Below, piece by piece: positions 43,012 to 51,737 of a stretch of DNA of 64,000 nt. The stretch lies in assembly GCA_964604905.1 (NCBI GenBank), contig CAZSCC010000566.1, positions 682-64,681 of the forward strand, read 5' to 3'. Position 1 is the stretch's first letter; each line of letters starts with the position of its first letter. The stretch is from an uncultured Planctomycetales bacterium (GTDB lineage Bacteria; Planctomycetota; MHYJ01; JACPRB01). The notes beneath the pieces are model-generated. The model was not told the origin of the DNA and made no database searches. It was given only the letters and a program-made list of their open reading frames with translations. A program made the position numbers and the translations under genes.

Positions 43012-43551
43012 ATGTTCGTGACGCAAGAATCGGAGACGGGGACCCGGGACGCCCGGCTCGCGATGCAGGGCGATGCCGCCGCGCGCGACCGCCTCTTTGA
43101 GGAGATCTACGCCCGGATCCTCCGGTACCACCGGAAGCTTGCGACGGGCCGCCCCGCCCTCGCCGAGGAGCTCACCCAGGAGGCGATGGTCCGTCTCATT
43201 AGGTCGTTCGACCAGCTCCGCGAGCCCGGGCGCTTCATTCCCTGGGCCTTTCGGATCGCCACGAACGTCTGGCGCGACCACCACCGCCCCAAGGGGAAGC
43301 GAGGGGCGGACGCCCCGGCCGAGGCGCCGGCGAGTGGCCGCGTCGCGGAGCGCGAGGAGCTGGCGGAGCGGGTCCTCGAGGAGGTCGGCCGGCTGCCGGA
43401 GACCTACCGCGTGGTCCTCACGCTGCACTACCTGGAAGGGATGGACTACGAGGCGATGGCGGATGTCCTCGACACGCCGGTCCCGACGCTGCGGTCGCAG
43501 ATCGCCCGGGGACGCCAGATGATCCGACGACTATTGGGAGACGAGCGATGA
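43012..43551 (+). CDS. ECF-type RNA polymerase sigma factor
   Basis: Region 2 (LTQEAMVRLIRSFDQL...FIPWAFRIATNVWRDHHR) and region 4 (YRVVLTLHYLEGMDYEAMADVLDTPVPTLRSQIARGR). Confidence 0.9.
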   Translation: MFVTQESETGTRDARLAMQGDAAARDRLFEEIYARILRYHRKLATGRPALAEELTQEAMVRLIRSFDQLREPGRFIPWAFRIATNVWRDHHRPKGKRGADAPAEAPASGRVAEREELAERVLEEVGRLPETYRVVLTLHYLEGMDYEAMADVLDTPVPTLRSQIARGRQMIRRLLGDER

Positions 43552-46127
43552 ACTGCGAGCGCGCGAACGACCTGCTGGAGTCCTACCAGGACGACCTTCT
43601 TGACTCCTCCGAGCGGCCGGCCGTCGAGAACCACCTGGTCGAGTGCGCGGAGTGCCGGCGCGGCTTCCGCCGCGCGCAGGCGATCGAGGAGGTCCTCGAG
43701 GAGGCGGGCGAGCGAGACCCCGTGGCCCCCGACGCCGTCGCCGCGGGGATGCGGCGCGTGCAGCAGCGGCTGGCGCCTCCCGTGCGGTGGAAGGAGCGGC
43801 TGCCGATGGCCGCCGCGGCGCTCGTGACGCTCGCGATGCTCGGCTGGTTCCTGGGGCCCGGCCGCGCCGCCGAGTTGATCCGCTCCGCCAAGAGCGGGTC
43901 CTGGTCGGACAAGGCCACCTGGGAGGGCGGCGCCGTACCGGGCGCCGGCGCGCGGGTCCAGATCCGGGCGGGCCATGCGGTCACCTACGACGTCGTCTCC
44001 GACCAGGCGATCCGCCTGATCCACGTCGCCGGAACGCTCGACTTTGCCCGCGACCGCGACACGCGGCTCGATGTCGGCCTCATCAAGATCCAGGGAGGCG
44101 AGGACGCGAGCGAGGACGGCTTCAGCTGCGACGCGCGGGTCACGGTGGGCGAGACGGCCGACGCGAAGCCGACGCTCCGCGTGGGCGCGGCCGACCAGCC
44201 GGTCGACGCGAAGCACACCGCGCTGATCCGCCTGGTCTACTTCGACGGCATGGACAAGGCCACCTGCCCCGCGATCGTCTCCTGCGGCGGCCGGCTCGAG
44301 TACCACGGCGCGCCGATGAGCCGCACCTGGCTCAAGCTCGGCGAGACCGCGAAGGCGGGGGCCTCCGAGGCCCTCCTCGCGGAGGCCGTCACGGGCTGGA
44401 AGACGGGCGACCGCGTGATCGTCACCGCGACGCAGCGCGACATGAACGAGCAGGGGACGCGCCGCGCGGGCGACGCGAAGCGCCGGAAGGTCTTCACCGA
44501 GGAGCGGACGATCAAGGCGATCGAGGGCGCGAAGGTCGCGCTCGACCGGCCCCTCGAGTTCGACCACCTGGGCGCGGGCGACTTCCGGGGCGAGGTGGCG
44601 AACCTCAGCCGGAACGTCGTCGTCGAGTCGGCCGACCCGGCCAAAGGGCGCGGCCACACGATGTGGCACCGCCACTCGGCGGGCGGCGTCAGCTACGCCG
44701 AGTTCCGTCACCTCGGAAAGGAAAACGTCCTAGGCAAGTACAGCCTCCACTTCCACCTCGTGGGGGACTCGATGCGCGGCGCGCAGGTCCTGGGCGCGTC
44801 GATCTGGGACAGCGGCAACCGGTGGATCACGATCCACGGGACGAACTACCTGGTCGTCCGCGACTGCGTGGGCTACCAGAGTGTGGGCCACGGCTTCTTC
44901 CTCGAGGACGGGACCGAGGCGTACAATGTCCTCGACCGCAACCTCGCGGTCCAGGCGTACCTGGGGAAGAGGCTTCCCAAGCAGGTCCTCCCGTTCGACC
45001 CCAACGACGGAGCAGGCTTCTGGTGGGCGAACAACCTGAACAGCTTCACGCGGAACGTGTCGTGCGAGAACGATCGCTACGGCTTCCGGGCGGAGGCGAC
45101 GCCGTCCAGCCAGTTCGATCTGAAGCTGCCCATCCTCCACCCCGACGGAGAGCGGAAGACCGTCGACATCCGGACGCTGCCGTTCGTCCGGTTCGAGGAC
45201 AACGAGTCGCACTCCGAGGGCCTCTACGGGATCCGCCTGGGCGAGTGCGTCCGCGGGGCGCAGCGCGCGGGTCCCGACGAGAAGCACCCGCACGTGATCC
45301 GGAACACCAAGATCTGGGACATCCACTACGCCTTCCGTCCGGAGGTGCCGAACGTCCTGGTGGAGGACATGAAGCTGTGGCGGCCGGTCTACGGGATCTA
45401 CCACCCGGACTTCGACCGGCACGTCTACCGGCGGCTCCTCATCAGCGAGTCGACGGCCGAGCCGTTCAACCGGGGCCACGACGACGACAACCGCCAGCAC
45501 GGGCCCCTCAGCGTGGACGGGTTGACGATCGAGCGCTCCCACGGCACGCTCATCCAGGTGAGCCAGTGGTCGCCCGCCGGGAAGACGGAGTCGCACTTCC
45601 GGAACGTGGTCTTCAAGGACAACAAGCCGTACCGGGCCGCGTACGTGGACACGACCGCGAACGGCCAGCCGAAGAACCCCCCGCCCGACGACCTGATCCC
45701 CTACTACTTCCACGACTGGTTCGGCCCGGGCCGGACGGCGAAGCTCCTGACGGCGAGCATGGTGGAGAAGGCGAAGGACGGCCTGGACTACCAGCCCGGC
45801 CCGACCCCCTTCACGGGGAAGAACATGCGGGTGGTCGAGGTGAAGGACGCGGCGTTCCCCGAGTTCCTCTCACCGGTGGACGATCTCCCGCCGGCGACGG
45901 TGATCACATCGATCCGCCGCTCGGGAGGGAAGCTCCTCGTGCGCGGGACGACTTCCGACAACGGCGAGGTGAAGCGCGTGGTCGTGGGCGGCCGCGAGGC
46001 CCGCGCGCTGGCGCCGAACTTCCTCGAGTGGGAGGCGGAGGTCGACGCGACCGAGAAAGTATCCGCGCATGGCGAGGACGCGGCGGGAAACGTCGAGAAG
46101 CTCGTCCACGAGGTGGGCGGAAAGTAG
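43548..46127 (+). CDS. anti-sigma factor (zf-HC2) fused to a large extracytoplasmic G8 / right-handed beta-helix domain
   Basis: ATGA overlap with the sigma gene. HLVECAECRRGF zinc motif. One TM segment (AAAALVTLAMLGWFL). G8-like SGSWSDKATWEGGAVPGAGARVQIRAGHAVTYD...LIHVAGTLDF. Confidence 0.8.
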   Translation: MNCERANDLLESYQDDLLDSSERPAVENHLVECAECRRGFRRAQAIEEVLEEAGERDPVAPDAVAAGMRRVQQRLAPPVRWKERLPMAAAALVTLAMLGWFLGPGRAAELIRSAKSGSWSDKATWEGGAVPGAGARVQIRAGHAVTYDVVSDQAIRLIHVAGTLDFARDRDTRLDVGLIKIQGGEDASEDGFSCDARVTVGETADAKPTLRVGAADQPVDAKHTALIRLVYFDGMDKATCPAIVSCGGRLEYHGAPMSRTWLKLGETAKAGASEALLAEAVTGWKTGDRVIVTATQRDMNEQGTRRAGDAKRRKVFTEERTIKAIEGAKVALDRPLEFDHLGAGDFRGEVANLSRNVVVESADPAKGRGHTMWHRHSAGGVSYAEFRHLGKENVLGKYSLHFHLVGDSMRGAQVLGASIWDSGNRWITIHGTNYLVVRDCVGYQSVGHGFFLEDGTEAYNVLDRNLAVQAYLGKRLPKQVLPFDPNDGAGFWWANNLNSFTRNVSCENDRYGFRAEATPSSQFDLKLPILHPDGERKTVDIRTLPFVRFEDNESHSEGLYGIRLGECVRGAQRAGPDEKHPHVIRNTKIWDIHYAFRPEVPNVLVEDMKLWRPVYGIYHPDFDRHVYRRLLISESTAEPFNRGHDDDNRQHGPLSVDGLTIERSHGTLIQVSQWSPAGKTESHFRNVVFKDNKPYRAAYVDTTANGQPKNPPPDDLIPYYFHDWFGPGRTAKLLTASMVEKAKDGLDYQPGPTPFTGKNMRVVEVKDAAFPEFLSPVDDLPPATVITSIRRSGGKLLVRGTTSDNGEVKRVVVGGREARALAPNFLEWEAEVDATEKVSAHGEDAAGNVEKLVHEVGGK

Positions 46128-46133
46128 AAGGCG

Positions 46134-48779
46134 CTACCAGGTCCTGCGGTCGGCCAGCATCGCCTCGGCCTGCACGGGGACGACAGGCTTGGAGAAGATG
46201 TAGCCTTGGGCGTACTCGCAGCGGAGCGCCCGGAGGGCCGCCAGTTGCTCGGGGGTCTCGACCCCTTCCGCGATCACGTTGATGTCGAGGTTCTGGGCGA
46301 GCGAGATGATCGTCCGCACGATCTCGTGGCCTTCCCCCACCGAGCCCATCCGACCCACGAACGAGCGGTCGATCTTGAGCGCGTCGATCGGAAACTTGTG
46401 GAGGTAGGAGAGGGACGAATAGCCGGTCCCGAAATCGTCGAGGTAGAACCGCGCGCCGCCGCGGCGGATGTTCTCGAGGATCGCGTTGGCGGCGTCGGCG
46501 CCGTCCATGAGGACGCTCTCGGTGATCTCCAGGCCGAGCGAGTCGCCGTGCAGCCCGGTCGACTGGAGGGTGCTCTCGATGTAGTGGGCGAGGTCCGCCT
46601 GGCCGAACTGGCGGCCGGAGAGGTTGACGCTCACCGAGAGCGGCCGGGCCTTGGGGAATTTCAGGTGCCACTCCTGGAGTTGCCGGCACGCCTCGCGGAG
46701 CACCCAGCGGTCGATGTCGATCACGAGGCCGGTCTCCTCGGCCATCTTGATGAATTCGCCGGGCGCGACGAGCCCGCGACCGGGGTGGTTCCAGCGGACG
46801 AGGGCTTCAAAGCCCGAGATGCGTCCGTCCTGCAGGGAGACGACCGGCTGGTAGTGGACGACGAACTCCTGCCGCTCGATGGCGCGGCGAAGGTCGGTCT
46901 CCATCTTGAAAATGTGGAGCGCGCGGGCGTGCATGGCGCGGTCGAAGACCTCGTGGCGCGCGCCGCCATTCGATTTCGCGCGGTACATGGCGATGTCGGC
47001 GTCGCGAAGGATGTCGTCCGTCTTCTCGTAGCCGGTCTCGCTGAGCGCGACGCCGATGCTCGCGCTCGTGAAGATCTCCTGGCCGCCGAGCAGGATGGGC
47101 TGCCTGAACTGCGCCTGGATGCGGTCCGCCACCTGCGAGGCATCGGCGCCGTCCTTCACGTCCTCGAGGAGGACGGTGAACTCGTCGCCGCCGAGGCGGG
47201 CGGCGGTGTCCCCGGGCCGCACGCAGCGCTCGATGCGGCGGGAGACCTCGATCAGGAGCTGGTCGCCGGCGAGGTGGCCGAGGCTGTCGTTGACCACCTT
47301 GAATCGGTCGAGGTCGAGGAAGAGGACCGCGAAGCGCAAGTCCTTCCGGCGGAGCGCGAGGCGGAGGCACTGGCCGAGGCGGTCCATGAAGAGCGCGCGG
47401 TTGGGGAGTCCGGTGAGCGCGTCGTGGAACGCGTCGTGGATGAGCTGCTCCTCGAGGGACTTGCGCTCGGTGATGTCGGTGGCGGTGACGACGTAGAACC
47501 GGGGCGCGCCGTCGTGGCCGGCGAGCGACGTCCGCGACCAGCTGATCCGGGGACGGCTCCCGTTCTTCGTCACCCACGAGTGCTCGAAGAGGTCCGAGGT
47601 GGGCGCGTCGTGGCCCTGCGAGAGGATGGTGCGGCCCTGCTCGACGTCCTCCGGGGACAGGAAGAGCGGGGCGAAGGGGAGCCCTCTTACCTCGTCGGGC
47701 GAGTGGCCCATCGTGTGGGCGCACTGCCGGTTGATCCGCACGACCCGGAGCGACGCGTCCAGGACGATCACCATGATGTTGGCGGTGTCGAGGACGGCGG
47801 AGACGAAGTTGCGCTCCTCGCGGAGCGCCTCCTCCGCGCGGCGCCGGCCTTCGGCCTCGATCGCGAGCGAGGCCATGTCGGCGATCGACGAGGCGAACTC
47901 CTGTTCCTCGAGCGTCCACTCGCGGGCCGGCCCGACGTGCTCGTAGCAGAGGACGCCTGCCAGCTTGCCGTGGAGGCGCACGGGGACGTCCATCATGGAC
48001 GTGATTCCGAGCGGCTTTAGGTAGCCCTCCGTGAACTCGGCGGTGCGGGGGTCCTTCCGCGCGTCGTCGGCCGGCACGACGCGGCTCTCCTCGAGCGCCC
48101 CGAAGTAGCGGGGGTAATCGCGCGCGGCGAGGCGCATGCCCTGCTCGTAGACCCGCGCGTCGAGCCGGTAGAGGAGCCGGCACTGGATGTCGCTGTGGTC
48201 CTCGTTGAACAGCCACAAGCCCACGCGCTCCACCTTCAGCATCTGGGAGGAACAAAGGGTCAGCCTCCGCAGGGCGGGCTCGAGGTCCGAAGAGTCGAGC
48301 CGGGCGAGCTCAAGGAGCGCCTCCTGGTAGCGGTGGACGAGGTCGGTCCGCTTCAGGAGCGCCTCGCGGGAGCGCCGTCGTTCCGCGGCGTAGCGGACGG
48401 ACCGGACGAGGAGGTACGGGTCGAGCCGGTTCTTGAAGAGGAGATCGAGCGCTCCCCGCTGGGCGGCGAGCGTGGGAGTGCATCCCAAGGACGAATGGGC
48501 CAGGGCGATCACGGGGACGCCCGGGGCGCCTTGGCGGAAGCGGTCAATGGCGTCGAGCCCGGGGGCGTCCGGGAGCGCCAGGTCGAGGAGCGCGACGTCG
48601 TGGGGCTGCTGGGCGTGCCGCTCGAGGGCCGCGTCGAGCCGGGTCGCATGGCTGATCGAGAAGTTGAGGAGCGGCTTGACGGTGTCTAGCATCGACATGA
48701 TGAGCTTGACGTCTACGGGGTCGTGCTCGATGAGGAGGATGCGGAAGGGCTCGCGCCGGTCGGTTCTGGAACTGTCCAT
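46134..48779 (-). CDS. response-regulator receiver / GAF / PAS / GGDEF / EAL protein
   Basis: REC (ILLIEHDPVD...VALLDLALPD), RLGGDEFTVLL, GFEALVRWNHP, DDFGTGYSSLSYL. Confidence 0.9.
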   Translation of the reverse strand: MDSSRTDRREPFRILLIEHDPVDVKLIMSMLDTVKPLLNFSISHATRLDAALERHAQQPHDVALLDLALPDAPGLDAIDRFRQGAPGVPVIALAHSSLGCTPTLAAQRGALDLLFKNRLDPYLLVRSVRYAAERRRSREALLKRTDLVHRYQEALLELARLDSSDLEPALRRLTLCSSQMLKVERVGLWLFNEDHSDIQCRLLYRLDARVYEQGMRLAARDYPRYFGALEESRVVPADDARKDPRTAEFTEGYLKPLGITSMMDVPVRLHGKLAGVLCYEHVGPAREWTLEEQEFASSIADMASLAIEAEGRRRAEEALREERNFVSAVLDTANIMVIVLDASLRVVRINRQCAHTMGHSPDEVRGLPFAPLFLSPEDVEQGRTILSQGHDAPTSDLFEHSWVTKNGSRPRISWSRTSLAGHDGAPRFYVVTATDITERKSLEEQLIHDAFHDALTGLPNRALFMDRLGQCLRLALRRKDLRFAVLFLDLDRFKVVNDSLGHLAGDQLLIEVSRRIERCVRPGDTAARLGGDEFTVLLEDVKDGADASQVADRIQAQFRQPILLGGQEIFTSASIGVALSETGYEKTDDILRDADIAMYRAKSNGGARHEVFDRAMHARALHIFKMETDLRRAIERQEFVVHYQPVVSLQDGRISGFEALVRWNHPGRGLVAPGEFIKMAEETGLVIDIDRWVLREACRQLQEWHLKFPKARPLSVSVNLSGRQFGQADLAHYIESTLQSTGLHGDSLGLEITESVLMDGADAANAILENIRRGGARFYLDDFGTGYSSLSYLHKFPIDALKIDRSFVGRMGSVGEGHEIVRTIISLAQNLDINVIAEGVETPEQLAALRALRCEYAQGYIFSKPVVPVQAEAMLADRRTW

Positions 48780-48871
48780 GACCCCGCAGGAAAAGGTTCG
48801 AAGAAACTATACCCCGCCGAGGGGAGATTGGGGGCAAAAACCATAGGGGATCGGGTGATTAGAAAGAGGGG

Positions 48872-49063
48872 TCAGTCGCGGCGGGAGACGCCGGTCTGCC
48901 AGGAGGCGAACTCGAGGACCCCCCGGCAGTGAGGGCAGAAGTAGACGCACTCGAAGACGTGGGGCTGCGCCTCGCGGACGTCCCGGCGCACGGTGGTCCA
49001 GTCGACGGGCTTGCGGCATTGGCGGCAGAGGGGACCGTCGGGGCGTGAGGCGAAAGAGGGCAC
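48872..49063 (-). CDS. small zinc-ribbon protein
   Basis: 63 aa with CRQC...CPHC spacing and GC3-rich codons. No homology evidence available. Confidence 0.45.
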   Translation of the reverse strand: MPSFASRPDGPLCRQCRKPVDWTTVRRDVREAQPHVFECVYFCPHCRGVLEFASWQTGVSRRD

Positions 49064-49111
49064 CGGACCATTCTTGCCGCGATTCCCGGGCGCGGCAAAG
49101 AAAATCCCCCC

Positions 49112-49411
49112 CTACTGGAAGTCGTAGACCTCGACGCGGAGCCAGTTTTTCCTGTTTCGCCGGATGAAGACCTGGTGCTGCGGATCGTCCTGGTAGGCGT
49201 CGTGGTCGGCGACGTTGTCGAACGTCACGAGCAGCCCGACGTCGAAGGTCGCATTCACGACGTCGCGAACCGTCGTCTTCGCGGGCGGCCCGGCGTGGAG
49301 CGTCCGGACGGTCTTCGACTTCAGGTACTTCTTCGCGTCCCGGATCGTCTGTTCGGCGGCCCCCTTGAGGGCGTTCTTCTTCATCCAGAAGTACACGGCG
49401 TGGATCAGCAT
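49112..49411 (-). CDS. Dabb (stress-responsive alpha/beta-barrel) family protein
   Basis: 99 aa. MLIHAVYFWMK ... FDNVADHDAYQDDPQHQVF, the typical Dabb pattern. The track ORF extension upstream overlaps the sulfatase gene. Confidence 0.75.
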   Translation of the reverse strand: MLIHAVYFWMKKNALKGAAEQTIRDAKKYLKSKTVRTLHAGPPAKTTVRDVVNATFDVGLLVTFDNVADHDAYQDDPQHQVFIRRNRKNWLRVEVYDFQ

Positions 49412-49473
49412 GGGACGAGTCTCCGATGGTACGGCCGGGGAATGTACCTGAGGAGGGGGCCCGAGTCCAGAGT

Positions 49474-50820
49474 CTATTTCCCCTTGGGATCGTAATCCGG
49501 GTTGGGCGAGGGCATCTGGGCCCCCACCGCGGCCCGCCAGTCGGCGAGGCGCTTCCGGAGCTCGCGGGCGATCTCGGGCCGCGCCGCGGCCAGGTCCTTC
49601 GTCTCGCCCACGTCCTCCTTCAGGTCGTAGAGCTCGACGCGACCGTCCTCGAAGAACTCGACCAGGCGGAGGTCCCCCTGGCGGATCGCACCGTGGGGGG
49701 TCGCGCCGCCCGGATGGTAGTGCGGGTAGTGCCAGAAGATCGCGTCGCGCGACAGGCCGCCCGTGCCCTTGAGGAGCGGGACGAGGCTCAGGCCGTCGAC
49801 GGCCGGCTTCGCGCCCGCGAGGTCCAGCATCGTGGCCGCGTGATCGGGGGTGATCACCGGCGTCGCGCAGACGGTCCCGGCCTTCACTGCGCCGGGCCAG
49901 CGGACGATCAACGAAACGCGGACTCCGCCCTCGTACGCGGACCCCTTGCCCGCGCGGAGCGGCCGGTTGGAGGTGCTCCGGAGGAGCCCGCCGTTGTCGC
50001 TGGTGAAGACGATCACGGTGCGCGACGAGAGCTTGAGCTCGTCGAGCTTGGCCACCACTCGGCCCACGCTGTCGTCCACGCTCTCGATCATCGCCGCGTA
50101 GGTCGCGTTCGAATGATCCGCTCCGGCTTTCGCCTTCGCCTGGTACTTCTCGACGAGCGCCTTCTTCGCCTGGAGCGGGGTGTGGACGCCGTAGTGGGGG
50201 AAGTAGAGGAGGAAGGGGCGGTCCTTGTTGGAATCGAGGAACGCGAGCGCCTCGGTGGTCAGGCGGTCGGTCAGGTATTCGCCCTTCTCGCCCTCCTCGA
50301 GAGTGGGGATCTTGTAAGGCGAGAAGTAGCTGGGCGGCTGCCCCTTGTCGCTTCCACCGCGGTTGAGGTCGAAGCCCTGCTTCTCGGGGAAGTACGCGGG
50401 CGGCCCGAGGTGCCACTTGCCGATCGAAGCGGTCGCGTAGCCGGCGCCTTTGAGCGCCTCGGCGATCGTCACCTCCTCGTGCGCGAGGTGCATCGTCCAG
50501 TCCGGCACCTTGAGCTTGGCCTTCGGCTGCTTGTGGCCGGCGATCCAGTCGGTCACGTGGAGTCGGGCCGGGTATTTCCCGGTCATGAGGCTGGCGCGGG
50601 TCGGGGAGCAGACGGTGCACGCCGAGTAGGCGTGGGTGAACTTCATTCCCTGCGCGGCCAGGCGGTCGATGTGGGGGGTCTCGTAGAACGAGCTGCCGAA
50701 GCAGCCCAGATCGGTCCAGCCCAGGTCGTCGACCAGGAAGATGACGAAGTTGGGCCGGTCGGACTGGGGGGAGGAGGCCGCGGGGAGGATGAGGGCGAGG
50801 AGGAGCGCGAGCGTTCTCAT
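49474..50820 (-). CDS. arylsulfatase A-family sulfatase
   Basis: Signal peptide, FLVDDLGWTDLG, CSPTRASLMTGKYP, SDNGG. Confidence 0.9.
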   Translation of the reverse strand: MRTLALLLALILPAASSPQSDRPNFVIFLVDDLGWTDLGCFGSSFYETPHIDRLAAQGMKFTHAYSACTVCSPTRASLMTGKYPARLHVTDWIAGHKQPKAKLKVPDWTMHLAHEEVTIAEALKGAGYATASIGKWHLGPPAYFPEKQGFDLNRGGSDKGQPPSYFSPYKIPTLEEGEKGEYLTDRLTTEALAFLDSNKDRPFLLYFPHYGVHTPLQAKKALVEKYQAKAKAGADHSNATYAAMIESVDDSVGRVVAKLDELKLSSRTVIVFTSDNGGLLRSTSNRPLRAGKGSAYEGGVRVSLIVRWPGAVKAGTVCATPVITPDHAATMLDLAGAKPAVDGLSLVPLLKGTGGLSRDAIFWHYPHYHPGGATPHGAIRQGDLRLVEFFEDGRVELYDLKEDVGETKDLAAARPEIARELRKRLADWRAAVGAQMPSPNPDYDPKGK

Positions 50821-50892
50821 GCAGGTCTAAACCGCGCCCCGGGACAAACGTTGCGCGACCCGCTATTATAGTAGGTCGACGAGGGAGACCCT

Positions 50893-51609
50893 ATGAACCG
50901 ATGGGCATTGATCCTGGCGCCGCTGTTCCTGGCGTGCGTCCATCAGGAGGACAAGCTTCCTCCTCCGCCCGACCCGCTTTACGAGACGCGCGCGAAGCAC
51001 GATCCGAACGGGATCGGCAAGTTCTACATGGATCGCGAGATCGCGCACGTGATGGGGCCCGGCGGGATCCCCTGGCTGGAGCGCCCGGAGCGGGAGGACG
51101 AGGAGCGGCCCACCAAGGTCATCGAGGCCCTGGGGCTCAAGGGGGACGAGGTGGTCTGCGACCTGGGAGCCGGGAGCGGCTACTACACGTTCCGACTGGC
51201 TCCGAAGCTCCCCAAGGGGAAGGTCCTCGCCGTCGAGATCCAGGACGACATGATCAAGGAGCTCAAGAAGAACATCGAGTCGAAGAAGACCACGAACGTC
51301 GAGATCATCAAGGGGGAGGAGAAGGATCCGAAGCTCCCGGAGAAGGGCGTGGACCTGCTCCTCATGGTCGACGTCTACCACGAGCTGGCGTTCCCCTACG
51401 AGACGATGCTGGCGATCAGGAAGGGGCTCAAGCCGGGGGCGCGGGTCGTGCTCGTCGAGTTCCGCAAGGAGGACCCGAAGGTCCCGATCAAGGAAGTGCA
51501 CAAGATGTCGGAGGAGCAGATCAAGAAGGAGATGGCGGTCGTGGGGCTCACGCACGTGAAGACGGTGGGGACGCTGCCGTGGCAGCACATCGCCATCTAC
51601 AGGAGATAG
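50893..51609 (+). CDS. class I SAM-dependent methyltransferase with lipoprotein-type signal
   Basis: LFLAC lipobox and motif I VCDLGAGSGYYT. 238 aa. Confidence 0.8.
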   Translation: MNRWALILAPLFLACVHQEDKLPPPPDPLYETRAKHDPNGIGKFYMDREIAHVMGPGGIPWLERPEREDEERPTKVIEALGLKGDEVVCDLGAGSGYYTFRLAPKLPKGKVLAVEIQDDMIKELKKNIESKKTTNVEIIKGEEKDPKLPEKGVDLLLMVDVYHELAFPYETMLAIRKGLKPGARVVLVEFRKEDPKVPIKEVHKMSEEQIKKEMAVVGLTHVKTVGTLPWQHIAIYRR

Positions 51610-51655
51610 GGAGATAGGGGAGATTAGGAGATAAGAGAAGAGGAGAAGAGGGGAT
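51601..51655 (+). repeat. C-free polypurine-rich tract with four GGAGAT(A/T) units at 8-9-nt spacing
   Basis: aGGAGATAgGGAGATAggGGAGATTaGGAGATAagagaagaggagaagagggga. By my count, 49 of 55 positions are purines and there is no C. It overlaps the methyltransferase stop (51607..51609). Confidence 0.8.
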
Positions 51656-51737
51656 CCGAGAGGAAAATATTATAGGGCACGGGGCAGGCCATACGTGAGG
51701 GAGCGGCGTATACTCCCCCAGACGGAGGGTGACTGGA

